A DNA stretch of 61,631 nucleotides, the filler included, from Perkinsus olseni (Eukaryota), in NCBI GenBank assembly GCA_013115125.1. It is 6 parts of 6 records of this genome, joined end to end, with 100 filler letters (N's around TTAATTAATTAA, not from the genome) between each part and the next. Parts side by side here need not be neighbours in the genome. Positions count along the whole stretch, not along the records: positions 10,347 to 20,573 come from JABANN010000893.1; positions 20,674 to 30,891 come from JABANN010000894.1; 4 more parts are not named here. One strand, 5' to 3'. The notes beneath the pieces are model-generated. The model made no database searches. It was not told the origin of the DNA and saw only the letters and a list, made by a program, of their open reading frames with translations. The stretch's first letter is position 1. Each line of letters opens with the position of its first letter. Positions 12,198-22,407 of the stretch are shown in pieces. The translations under genes were made by a program, and so were the position numbers.

Positions 12198-14215
12198 TTG
12201 TAATCTGAAGAACCCTGCAACAGACGGAGCGTAGTGTGCAACCGAGTGCTCTTACGGCGTAAGTCCAGATTAAAATCATCCCCGGCATCCGATGTCTAGA
12301 TCATTCGCTATAATCCATCGTGCGCTTCAAAAATTCAACTTGCGACCCAAACTTCCGTGAAATCGCGGATTGGTGAGGGAATGCTGTGAGCGTTTGCTTC
12401 GCCGAGGCTCACTCTCGATCACTCCGGGTCAAATCTCGCGAGAACGGTATCTGTTTTGCGGCCTGAGCTACTCGTAGGCTCAGCCGTTTCGCCTACGAGG
12501 AACGTCAGCAGTAGTCTTGTACCGAGCCCCGTGTAATCTCGACCGTTCACGCGCCACCCACTGACACGAAGGCGTCAAAACAAGAACCGCCACCAAGAAG
12601 CCACTTGAAATTTCGCTCTCGAACTTTGACATCGCAAGCGGTGGTTCACGATATCTCAATTTAACTAGGACCTAGGAACAGAAGTTACGCGGGAGCGAGG
12701 GAAATAATTAGCCGCACGAAAGAAATAGAGGCTAGCGAGATTGGAATTCCGGCACGGAACTGCTGGAATTGCCATGCGAAACTCATGCGTTGCTCCTGCG
12801 AGAGAGGAAAATTCCTGGGACCTGACGGAGGATGTTGCTCAGGAAGAGCTCAATGCCGGCTCGAGGCCAAAAATAGCAGCATTAATGCCATATACATAAG
12901 GCTCGAAGCGCACCGACGAGAAGTGAACACACCGCGTTGAACGAACAGGTTGGTTCCGCATTCACCAATCAAACGCCCGACTCATGAGTTCGATTGGTCA
13001 CCATCATTAGTGAATGCGGTAAGAGCCCTCGGCAATGGAGACACGCCTAGCGAGCCACCGACGCTTGGGACGCTGCCGCATTCAAGTATTTGCACGTCCG
13101 AGCCTTCCTGGGTTATAGTGTATCATGGCGCTCGACATTATTATTAAGGATGTTGTCAAATGATGGTATCAAACGTATCACCAACTTGCCACTTTCGTGG
13201 GAGATTCCGTTGTTCACAGGTGGTACATCCCTACAGATCACTTGACAATATTCTGCGAGTGGGCGCCCGCCGCTTTCCCGTTCGAGGGTGTTCTTGCGAC
13301 CAGAATCCCTGCGATTGCACTTTGTGAATATCGAATCTCGAATCAGCCAAGCGTTGTGGTAGCCAACGCACATTATTGTTCTTAGATACTAGCTGAGGCC
13401 CAGCTACTGGGCTACGTTGTCATTATCATACCTTCTCGTTTCGCGTTCCACAGAAAGTGGGTTGCCGGCCATGAGTACGGCTCAGTGGCAGAGAATAGGC
13501 ATGCAGACTTGAATTTCAAGTCTTGAAACTCAAGCCATTCGAGCACGAGACAGATCACAATACCAGTCGATCAGCAGTGACGGAAGAAGTTGCTTTTTGG
13601 CCATGTTGTGTGCCATGCTCGACCCAGCGGTGACAAAAAGGAAGGCGGGCGGCCTCCATTCACCGTCTGCCATCCTTGTACGACATAGGGCGATACAGAT
13701 GGCAGAGGTCTCGTATAAGAGAACCGCGTCGATCGAGTTGGCGATGTCACTCTTCTCATCCGCGGCGCGGTGGACACTAAGGTGTTTTCTGGCGACGGCA
13801 TCAAGTGCTGCATCTGATTGGATTCTTCGAGTCGGCGAATCTTTCGAGATAATAGTCTGAGCTTGGACAAAATCTCCTCGACCTCTCCAGCGACCGACCC
13901 AGCTCGCTCGCGGCCCGTCCTCGTAGGCGGTATCGGAGTGGCCGGAAACCTGTGAGACGCGAAAGGCATTAGATGCCTGTCCTGAAGAAAGACACTCCAC
14001 TGCTATTGCTCCTTACTGCGGAGGGAGAACAGCGTCGATGTTATTGGATTGCTTCGTGACACCTGCTGGCGACGGAGATGCGTTTCCCTGAGCTCAATGA
14101 GCTCCATTAAATGAAGGTGGACCTCGCAGTCACCGGATTGCCCGGCTCTCTGTCAGCGGCTCTCAGTCGCTTGGGAAGCTAGTAGCTTCAAGCTACCTCA
14201 GGGCTCCTGATGGAT

Positions 14216-14542
14216 TCACGACGACCCCCTGGGGGGCTGCGGTAGCCGCCACCTGGCGAGAGTAACGGCAGACGGTGCAACTTGATCGCGTCGTTCACTT
14301 CTGGGAAGAATTTTCATCTGATAAGCCTGATTCGATTCTAGTTTACCATCTTCTAAGGCGATACGCGCAGCTGGATGGATCTTCAGTAAGGCACGGTCCA
14401 AAATCTCATGCAGTCTTGAATTGAGGCGGGTTTGTATCCGGTCGCGTTCCCTAAGGGATGGCCACGCTGAATGCGCCGGCCGCGACCTACCCCATACAAA
14501 CCTCAAACGATCGAGATCTCGAGACATTTCGTCAAGCTTCAT
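14216..14542 (-). CDS. Hypothetical protein (possibly continues into 13571-13969)
   Basis: Coiled-coil-like ORF (MKLDEMSRDLDRLRF...). No family recognised. Confidence 0.25.
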   Translation of the reverse strand: MKLDEMSRDLDRLRFVWGRSRPAHSAWPSLRERDRIQTRLNSRLHEILDRALLKIHPAARIALEDGKLESNQAYQMKILPRSERRDQVAPSAVTLARWRLPQPPRGSS

Positions 14543-15169
14543 TTCATCTCGCTCTCGACCGAGACGATCGACTCGATCGTGAAGGGTTCGTAACTGAGAG
14601 CTTTCACAATCCAGAAGCTAGAGGCATCTGATCGCTAGTGCAGACGAGCTCGACCCTCGGGGGGCTGAGCTAGAATTATGGTGCATGATTATGGTGGGAG
14701 CGCTCCTCATATGATATGCTCACCGTTGGGGAAGGCCAGAGTTCACCGCCTCGAGGCGAGATCCTTCTCGTCAGCTCTTCGTTTTCACGTTTCAACCTGC
14801 TTCAAGAACTGTCGTCTTTTCTTACTTTTTCATACAATTCACGTACGATCGCTACAATTCGACGCCTGATGGCCGTTTCGTGCTACTTGTCGTTCAGCCG
14901 TCTGGTCTTTTCGAGCTCTCGAAAGGATATCTCCTCGTCCTCATCCTTGGCACGGTGATTGTTCGAGCTAGCAGCGTGATCACAAAGCATCACAGAAATC
15001 TGGAACTCCCCGTCACCTCACAAGTCAAGGAGCCGGCAGCCATGCGTCAGCTCTACGTATTGAGGACGCCTCCAACGAGACAGCGGAGGCTACATTAACA
15101 TCAGTAAACATGCAACAGCAAAATGACATGCGGGAAGCAAATAATTGCAAGAGACGAAAGCCACAGGAC

Positions 15170-16461
15170 TCAGTCGTCTTCTGGTTCGCCGATGCAACTG
15201 CGCACAAGCCAGGCGATACCGGTGCGGCGTTGAACAACTTTTCTGCAGGCTGGTCCATTCCGTTTATTCCACGATTTCACAGTGCTGGTCTTCCGTGTGA
15301 CGGGTCTCCTTGGAGCTCTGAGACCAATCAACTTGCGGCCAAAATCGAAGGAGACTTGGCAGTCGGCGAAGAAGTGATTGCTGAGTATGAAGAAATCCAT
15401 TGATTCATCAACAATGAGTTGGCCTTTCACTTGAAGTCTACACCAGACCTCATCACATACCTGCACGTGATTGCTCAGGCGGATCTCGAGCGTGGATGCA
15501 TCGGCAACTTGAATACCGATTACAGGGAGGCGCTCGGTGAAACTTCTGCGGAAGCAAATCAGGCCAGTAGCATCGATGTACGCTGCCAACGTCGGATCAT
15601 CCGTGGAGTAGGCCTCGTTTGCCTGGGCAACGTGATCTGGCCCAAACTCGACCTCAATAGCTTCCCATATCATCGAGAATAGCTCCTTGGGAACAATACT
15701 GATTTCAGCGCCAGTATCGAGAACAATGTTGAAATGCCGTTCTCTATTTGATAGTATCGTCATTCGATCGGTATCAGAGGGACCCTTCACCCAGACCGCT
15801 GCTGCAACCATCGCATTCATTGTCCCTGCCCAAGAGACTCCTCGAGAGCAAGGACAGTCGTCCCTTCGGTCTGTTTTGTAGACTCTCCGAGCACCAGCTT
15901 CCCAGTTATTCCGAGGTATCTCTTCGATACATGCACAGAGACGGTGGGCTCGGTGGAACTTAGAAGCTTTTCGAGGAAGGAAACTTTGCCGGCTGCACGT
16001 AGCGCTTGGGAAGCGAAACTCAGTCCAAGCGCTGCCAACGGTTGCTTCTTCTTGAGAATGCGTGAACTGCCAACCATCAATCCGATTGTTAGGTTCTCGA
16101 TCTTGCGTTCACCAACTTTCACGTTCACTTTTCGACTTACGAATTTATTGACATCTCCACCGCCATAAAGTTGTTCGTCTACTTCCTGAGCCAGCAAGGT
16201 GTCGAGGTTACACGGGTCGGTCGGAGGACAGAATTAGCAACCCGAGATGAGATATTTGCAGGTACCAGGGCCGTAGAGACTTTCATACCAGCCACCGTAC
16301 ACTAGGTAGGAGAAGTCGCTTCCTGTATCGACGAGAAGTTTAATCACATGACCATCGAAGTTCATATTAACTTTCGTGCGCTTCATTGACAACGACAGCG
16401 CCGAAGGGGCGAAAGGCAGTGCCCCCGTCACTGCCAAGCGGAGGGTCGCGGATCGCGGCAT
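15170..16461 (-). pseudogene. Pepsin-like aspartyl protease paralogue, disrupted
   Basis: Collinear with 10920-12197 (LLVDTGS, YLVYGGWYESLYGPG, IVLDTGA). It has an in-frame stop at 16234-16236 (SGC*FCP versus SGCYFCP) and a frameshift near 15820. Confidence 0.8.
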
Positions 16462-16679
16462 TGGAAACCAAATAAAGCCTGCCACAGATAGAAAGCGGCA
16501 TCGTAGAGCCTCTTGACGAATGTGTGTGTGCCACTTTATGATAAAGTCTTTATCGTCACCAGCTCAGGAAGATCCACGGCGACCAGCTGAGGCAATAAGA
16601 TTGAGCTCTTTGTTGACTCGACATTACCGAGTTATTTAGTTAGCTCCTAGGTGAGTCACCTGAGGTGACAGAACTACAT

Positions 16680-16829
16680 TGTAAAGGGGACAATTATTGT
16701 GTACCACTAAGATCTGCTTGATCGATCATTCAGCGTAGCGTAGCTATGCAACACTATCGATCCGTCTAGGATTAGATAAGTATATCACTTCCTACCAGAC
16801 CACCAAGGTTGAGTTGGCTCCAATCTACA
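16680..16829 (+). repeat. Putative 5' LTR (150 bp, TGTA...TACA)
   Basis: Begins TGTAAAGG and ends ATCTACA, one base before a TGG PBS. No second copy is in the window, so the left edge is inferred. Confidence 0.65.
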
Positions 16830-16830
16830 G

Positions 16831-16850
16831 TGGTGCCCAGACCCAGGACT
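16831..16850 (+). promoter_or_regulatory. Primer-binding site complementary to a tRNA 3' end
   Basis: TGGTGCCCAGACCCAGGACT. Its reverse complement AGTCCTGGGTCTGGGCA-CCA reads as T-stem, acceptor strand and CCA. Confidence 0.8.
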
Positions 16851-16878
16851 AACAACAACATCGACATCACCTCTCTTA

Positions 16879-17889
16879 ATGACAGCTGACTCTACAACGA
16901 CTCAATCGGCTCCAGGTGGTCATACTAGCCTTCCCCCGCCTTTCGGAGGAGTTCCTTCCGAATCCATCACAGAGTTTTTAACTCGTTATGGTCTCTGTGC
17001 AAAAGCCAACGGCTGGGATGAGCAAGAGGCTTGCTGCAAGCTTTCTACTTGTCTCATTGGTCGCGCTTCGCAGGTTTATCTTTCTCTGGATCCTATGATT
17101 CAGTCCTCTTACAACGCTCTTCTTTGTCGACTCATCACTCCTCCCTATCAGGCAGCGGCTTCCTTACGTGATCGTGTACTCCAACCCGGTGAATCTGTCG
17201 ACACTCTCCTCTACGAGCTTAATAAGTTGTACTTCGAAGCCCATTTCGTCGCCCCAAACTTGGCCTTAGCCCCGGACAAGTTCCCTATCTTTGACGACCT
17301 TATCAAAAGCGACACTTCTGATAGCTACCATCGCGATATGATTTTGAAGGTATTGGATGCTCTACCTCCTGAGATATCTTCACGCCTACGGGTTATGCAG
17401 TTTACTAAGGTGGATGACTTGGCTTATCAAGCACGGATCGAGCTCGCTACTCAGTCCTACGACTCTGCAAGGACTTCAACTACGAGTACTCCCGATACTA
17501 CACCTTCGATCTCTACTATCTCTCTCAGCGACGAGCAGCAAGAAGTTGAGGAACTTCGAGGACAAGTTGCAGCCCTTACTGAAGCCGTCTATGCCGGCCG
17601 CGGTCCAAATCGACGACAATATGGTTTCAACGGCCGTAATGGCAAGAACGGCAAGGGGCAAGGTGGCAAGGGCTCGTCAAGCAAGAGATGGTGTATCTAT
17701 CATAAAACTGATAGTCACTGGACCTCCGAGTGCAAGGCTATTACGAGATTGGCTCGGGAGCGCAATGGTGATAGTGGTAACATCTCTAATATCTCCACTG
17801 GTAACTACCCAAACGGGGAAGGGACGTCGGTATCTACCGGTCCGTCGTCCTCACAAGTACCTTTGTTGGATCAAGAAGATTCACAGTAA
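16879..17889 (+). CDS. gag: Retrotransposon Gag
   Basis: PPPFGG..ESITEFL...NGW capsid-like start, QPGESV motif, and a C-terminal CHHC knuckle WCIYHKTDSHWTSEC. Confidence 0.88.
   Translation: MTADSTTTQSAPGGHTSLPPPFGGVPSESITEFLTRYGLCAKANGWDEQEACCKLSTCLIGRASQVYLSLDPMIQSSYNALLCRLITPPYQAAASLRDRVLQPGESVDTLLYELNKLYFEAHFVAPNLALAPDKFPIFDDLIKSDTSDSYHRDMILKVLDALPPEISSRLRVMQFTKVDDLAYQARIELATQSYDSARTSTTSTPDTTPSISTISLSDEQQEVEELRGQVAALTEAVYAGRGPNRRQYGFNGRNGKNGKGQGGKGSSSKRWCIYHKTDSHWTSECKAITRLARERNGDSGNISNISTGNYPNGEGTSVSTGPSSSQVPLLDQEDSQ
17808..17850 (+). promoter_or_regulatory. -1 programmed ribosomal frameshift signal (C CCA AAC plus downstream hairpin)
   Basis: X XXY YYZ heptamer in the gag frame. The -1 frame opens just after TAA at 17802 and runs into LVDTGAS. 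A GGACG..CGGT-ATCT-ACCG..CGTCC stem follows. Confidence 0.75.
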
Positions 17890-20573
17890 ATCCGGTATCT
17901 TGTCGAGCTCTTGTCGATACTGGTGCGTCAGCATCGTTCATTGACCAGAAGCTCATCTCTACTCTTGGACTCGACAAATATATTCAAAGGCTATCGAAGT
18001 CTCTACAGTTCTCTACTGCTCGGTCTACTCTCTATGTACATTCCAAAATCGGTCTACAACTTCATCTTGAGGATAATCCATCCCAACAATTCACTCACTT
18101 CTTTTACATTGCCGCCTTAGGTAATCTTTCTTCATGTATACTTGGTCACGACTTCCTCTCCAAATACTCTGCTAAGTTAGAGTTAGGTCATCATCATCCA
18201 CAAGGAGGTCATCTTACATTTGCAGCCTCGTCTCGTATTCAGGACACTCCCAGTCCATCTCACTCTACGGCTACTCCATCATCGGCTCAAGTTGACCCAC
18301 AACCACTTTCAGAAAAGGCCCAAAAGCTACTATGCCCTTGGCGACCTTTACGAGCCTGCTCCGGCACCGGTTATCAGTTCCGAGTACGTCCACTACGACC
18401 AGATGAGGTCAAGGATACTCCAGAACAAGAAGTCACATGCGAAATCCGGTGGCCTAGAAGCGACGATCGTGTACAAGTTCAAAATCCGGCTGACTATTCG
18501 CAGAATCTTCTGTCTCTATTATCGGACGAGGAAAACGCTCTTTAATACCAAACAGCATTCTCCGACACTGGAAAATTTTATTACCCGTCCTGACATAGAA
18601 CGGGTCTACCGTTCTGAAACGATAGTAACATTTTGATAGATCCAACACCATCAGTTCATCACCGACATTGAAATGAGAGCGCAGAGAACCAAGCACTTCA
18701 GCAGTGCTGGGACCGGAATAACTCGAAGGTATACCGAGAGCATTATTAAAGGATCGTAGGTCTATCACCGGTCTCACCGGCGTACTATGGCCGGGTTGAC
18801 GAATAGGAAAACATACAGCAGTTGGGGCTCCTTGAGGTAGGTCTGCTGGAGAGACCTCTTTCCACCATCCTTTGGACTGATACGAGCTGATTTCCGACCA
18901 GCAATTGCGGCCCGGGGGCATTGCAGGAAGCAACCCATCACTTTGATGAAGTACTTCTGAAATGGTTTTCGCGTTCTGCATTGAAATACCATGCTTGGTA
19001 CTATGATGATCTCTCTCTGGTAGGTCAACATCTCTCTCAACATGCCGGATACATCTCATCGTTCGCTCGAGTCTTAGGATGGGACTTTCCCCCTTCTAAG
19101 CGTTCTCTCCTTCATCATGATCATGGCTCTACCGCTTGGGTGCAGCATCTCGGTTATCTTATTCGTCTGGAAGAAGGTGGTGATCTTGAGTACCGATGTC
19201 AGGTCAAATCTCTACCAGAAATCGACAGTGACCATATTACGAAACGTATCGCCTACTCCATCGCTGGTCACTTCACGGACTTACTGAAGCTCCACCCCGA
19301 GTGTAGGAGCCTCTGTGATGCTATCCGTTCTTATGCTGGAAAATTGGAAAAATGGGATGCTGTTATCACGAACTCGTCTGTTCGTTCCTACTTGCTATCC
19401 CTCATTGATGCTCTGAAGGCCTTCTTACCCAAGTCCTCTTGTATTCATACTGCTTCCTTCAACAGTACCAAAGCAAGGTTATTTTCAGATGCATCGGCAA
19501 CAGCTTCCGGCTACTCTATTTTGGTTGGTGAAGTCCCTCTGGAAGAAGTTTCTCGGACCTGGTCACAGCGAGGGTCTATCTGGCATATTAATAAGGAGGC
19601 GAGGAGTCTCGCGGAGGCTCTCAGCGCCCTGGTAACATGGCATGAAGAACGACGACTTTCTATTTCCTCTATCGAGGCCTATGTTGATAGTAGCACGGTG
19701 TATCGGTGGTGTAAAGGTTCTCCATCAACTATCAAGACCAAAACTGTCGAACGCCAAGCTATAAATAGACTGCTCAATGCTATACGAGAACATGTCGAAT
19801 ATTTTGCTGAAAATGGTGTCAAGTTCCAACTGAAGCTCATCACTAGTGAGGAGAACACCAGAGCTGACTACCTCAGCAGACAAGCTTGGATTCCCCTCTC
19901 TCCCTCTCCAACAAGCCCACCGGTCCTACAACTTTTGGGTGCTATTTCGGCATCGCCGCAATCTACTTCTACTGCAACTTGTAACTACCAGAATGACCCA
20001 GATCTACGAGCCCTTTTCCAGTCAGTTCGTGACCATCGACCTCTGTCGTACGCCATTCCTCCTCAGTACCGACGTTGTTACAAGCAGCTTTCTGTTCAGA
20101 ACAACACCTTATACCGGTCCCATATATCTCTCGATGTTGGACATCCGGTGACGGTCTCCATTCCGGCAAGAAAAGTACGAGGTCGACTAATTGCTGACAT
20201 TCATAAGGAGTTCAACCATGCGGGTGTTCCCAAGATTCGAGAAGAATTGTCAAAGCACTACTATTGGCCCGGCATGGATCGTGACATCGGCACCTACATC
20301 TCTACTTGTGAAATCTGAGTGCAAGTAAAACCCAATACGGGCAAGTCCTACAAGCACACTGGTTCTCTCACGAAGTTCCTCACTAAGCCCATGGAACGCC
20401 TCTACTTTGACGTACTCATCCTCATCCCCTTCTCGGACCGGTGCTTACTATTATTGATGGCTTCTCACGCTATGCCTTTGCTTTCGAACTCGTTTCGGGT
20501 GAGAACACCAACAGTGTTATCAAGGTCTTCACCTTCTACTTCTCCTTATACCCTCTACCACAAGAAGTTTTTT
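17808..20573 (+). pseudogene. pol: Retrotransposon Pol (PR-RT-RH-INT), disrupted by an internal inversion, a nonsense codon and a frameshift
   Basis: Protease RALVDTGASASFI...ILGHDFL. The RT N-half is on the minus strand (18544-18902). WYYDD, LFSDAS and ADYLSR follow on the plus strand. The integrase has CEI*VQ (TGA 20316-20318) and a frameshift near 20430. Confidence 0.88.
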
Positions 20574-20673
20574 NNNNNNNNNNNNNNNNNNNNNNNNNNN
20601 NNNNNNNNNNNNNNNNNTTAATTAATTAANNNNNNNNNNNNNNNNNNNNNNNNNNNNNNNNNNNNNNNNNNNN
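20574..20673. other. Artificial contig spacer
   Basis: N44-TTAATTAATTAA-N44. Confidence 0.98.
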
Positions 20674-20915
20674 CATCGGCAGGGCGGGACGAGTCGAGTT
20701 CGACGAGTTTAGGGTGGGTCGTGTGCATCGGAGCAGGATTTGCACGCGTGATCCTTGAGCATGCGTCCTCGGTCTTGGGTACGATGAACTATCGGATAGC
20801 TAATGTGGTACCTGTCTGCGTTACGGCAGGTTCCCCCCTATCTCTTCCCCGTATCTCTAACCTGGGCCACTGTGCATGAACCTGTTTCCATACCTTATGT
20901 AGCTTCTTTGTGTCT

Positions 20916-21365
20916 ATGTCTATTCTATCGCTGTTCATCGTCGTGGCATTTTGTATCCTACCCTGGCCATCCCATGGCCAAGCTTGTGCGGGATGTCTTC
21001 TCGGTCGCTACGAGTTTTTCTACGACGGCACGGACTTGAATCCACCGGTCACCGATCTAGATTTCAACTTCACTCCCGAGGGCGACTGTATGGTCACTTT
21101 CAACTTGCAAAAGGACAACGCTGAGCGGGCCCGCTTCTCAGCTCTGTACGGCATTGTCAAGCATCCTGACAATCATATCGAGGACTTAGTTCTCCGTTCT
21201 GTCGATCCGATACCAGCTGCTTACAAGCCTGACTTCGAGGCCCACAGTACAGATTTGACCCTCACGGTGCTTCTGGTCGTCAAACGCAGCAGCGTGGTTC
21301 TGATCCGCTGGAAAGGGGGAACCACTCGCTTCAGGCTCTCGGTCATACCGCCGCCAGATCTTTGA
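20916..21365 (+). CDS. Small putative secreted protein
   Basis: Intronless ORF with a hydrophobic signal-like N-terminus (MSILSLFIVVAFCILPWPSHG) and a beta-rich body. Confidence 0.5.
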   Translation: MSILSLFIVVAFCILPWPSHGQACAGCLLGRYEFFYDGTDLNPPVTDLDFNFTPEGDCMVTFNLQKDNAERARFSALYGIVKHPDNHIEDLVLRSVDPIPAAYKPDFEAHSTDLTLTVLLVVKRSSVVLIRWKGGTTRFRLSVIPPPDL

Positions 21366-22407
21366 GCTCCTGTCTCTCTTCGTGCTGTCTGCCTGCTCAT
21401 CGCAGGGAGTTTTGTAAACGTTTCAGGGGTGCTTGACACTAGCAGCTCTGTGACAAAAAGGCGCAGCTATCATAATCATCATCGTCCTCCGGAGAGGGTA
21501 AGATCTACCTACTTGGGCAAGATTGAGATGAAGAGTGGAACGCCCTGTGAAATATTCAACCCCCTTTTTTCTGCATCGAAGGCAAGTTTTTTAAACCGTC
21601 CAATGATAATGTGGCTGAGGTCTCACTACGGCACAGGACGGGAGCCTCGATGATAGTAATGAGAGCATCACAATGTTGCTGTAATAATGCTACCTTTGAA
21701 GGTGGTATACTTATAAGACTAGGCTTTCGTCCAGGTCTCTAATCCTGCTTTGAGTTTGATGAATAAATTCCTATAGGCAGTTGACGGTGCGAGACGTAAC
21801 GCACTCCGATACTCCGCAATGCGGAGTCCGCATGCTTCAAACATATATGCAAGGACTCGTAACAATTGACTTCGGCGTGGAGCCAAGCACGACAGGGCGC
21901 GATGCCGATATACATCAATGAATCGGACGCCGAAATTGCCCCTCATAAGAAGAGAAGAGAAGAAAAAATGACCGCGCACAAGAGTCCTGCAAAGGGCTGA
22001 CACTCGCGGCAGCTGAGACCGACAGAGTTGTAGGCCAAACACAATCTAGGGGACTAGCAAGGTGAGGTAACGCCTCCGGCTCGAACTGTACCTCCAAGCA
22101 CACGTCCTTTCCAACTCAGAGTTCGTTCAAAAGCTCCATCCGATCCCCGCATTCCCAGAAGACGTTTGAGGAGCCCTCAGAATCAGAGACCGTCGGAATA
22201 CGACAATCTGAGCATTTCCAGGGCGGACCGAGTGAACGCAGGGCGCGCATGAGCTGGCTTCGGAACATGTGATTTCGAGCGCTAATAGATCGGCATTGCT
22301 TTCTCCTCCTCTTCCCACTGGATATCCCTGAAGAACCGCTACCTCAGTTCGTACCGGCCTCCAGGGCTCGGAGAGAGCTTCGAGATAGAGGTGATGGGAG
22401 GAGCGAA

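Larger units (their letters stand above)
16680..20573 (+). mobile_element. LTR retrotransposon (Ty3/Gypsy-type order gag-PR-RT-RH-INT), 3' end lost at the contig break
   Basis: 5' LTR, PBS, gag, protease LVDTGAS, RT YYDD, RNase H FSDAS and integrase H..H..WPGM..C / IIDGFSR occur in that order. Confidence 0.92.

Noticed and set aside
20316-20318. TGA at an integrase Cys position (and TAA at a Tyr position at 16234) suggesting stop-codon reassignment
   Set aside because: Both occur in sequences with independent frameshifts, and intact genes end at normal stops. These are ordinary nonsense mutations.
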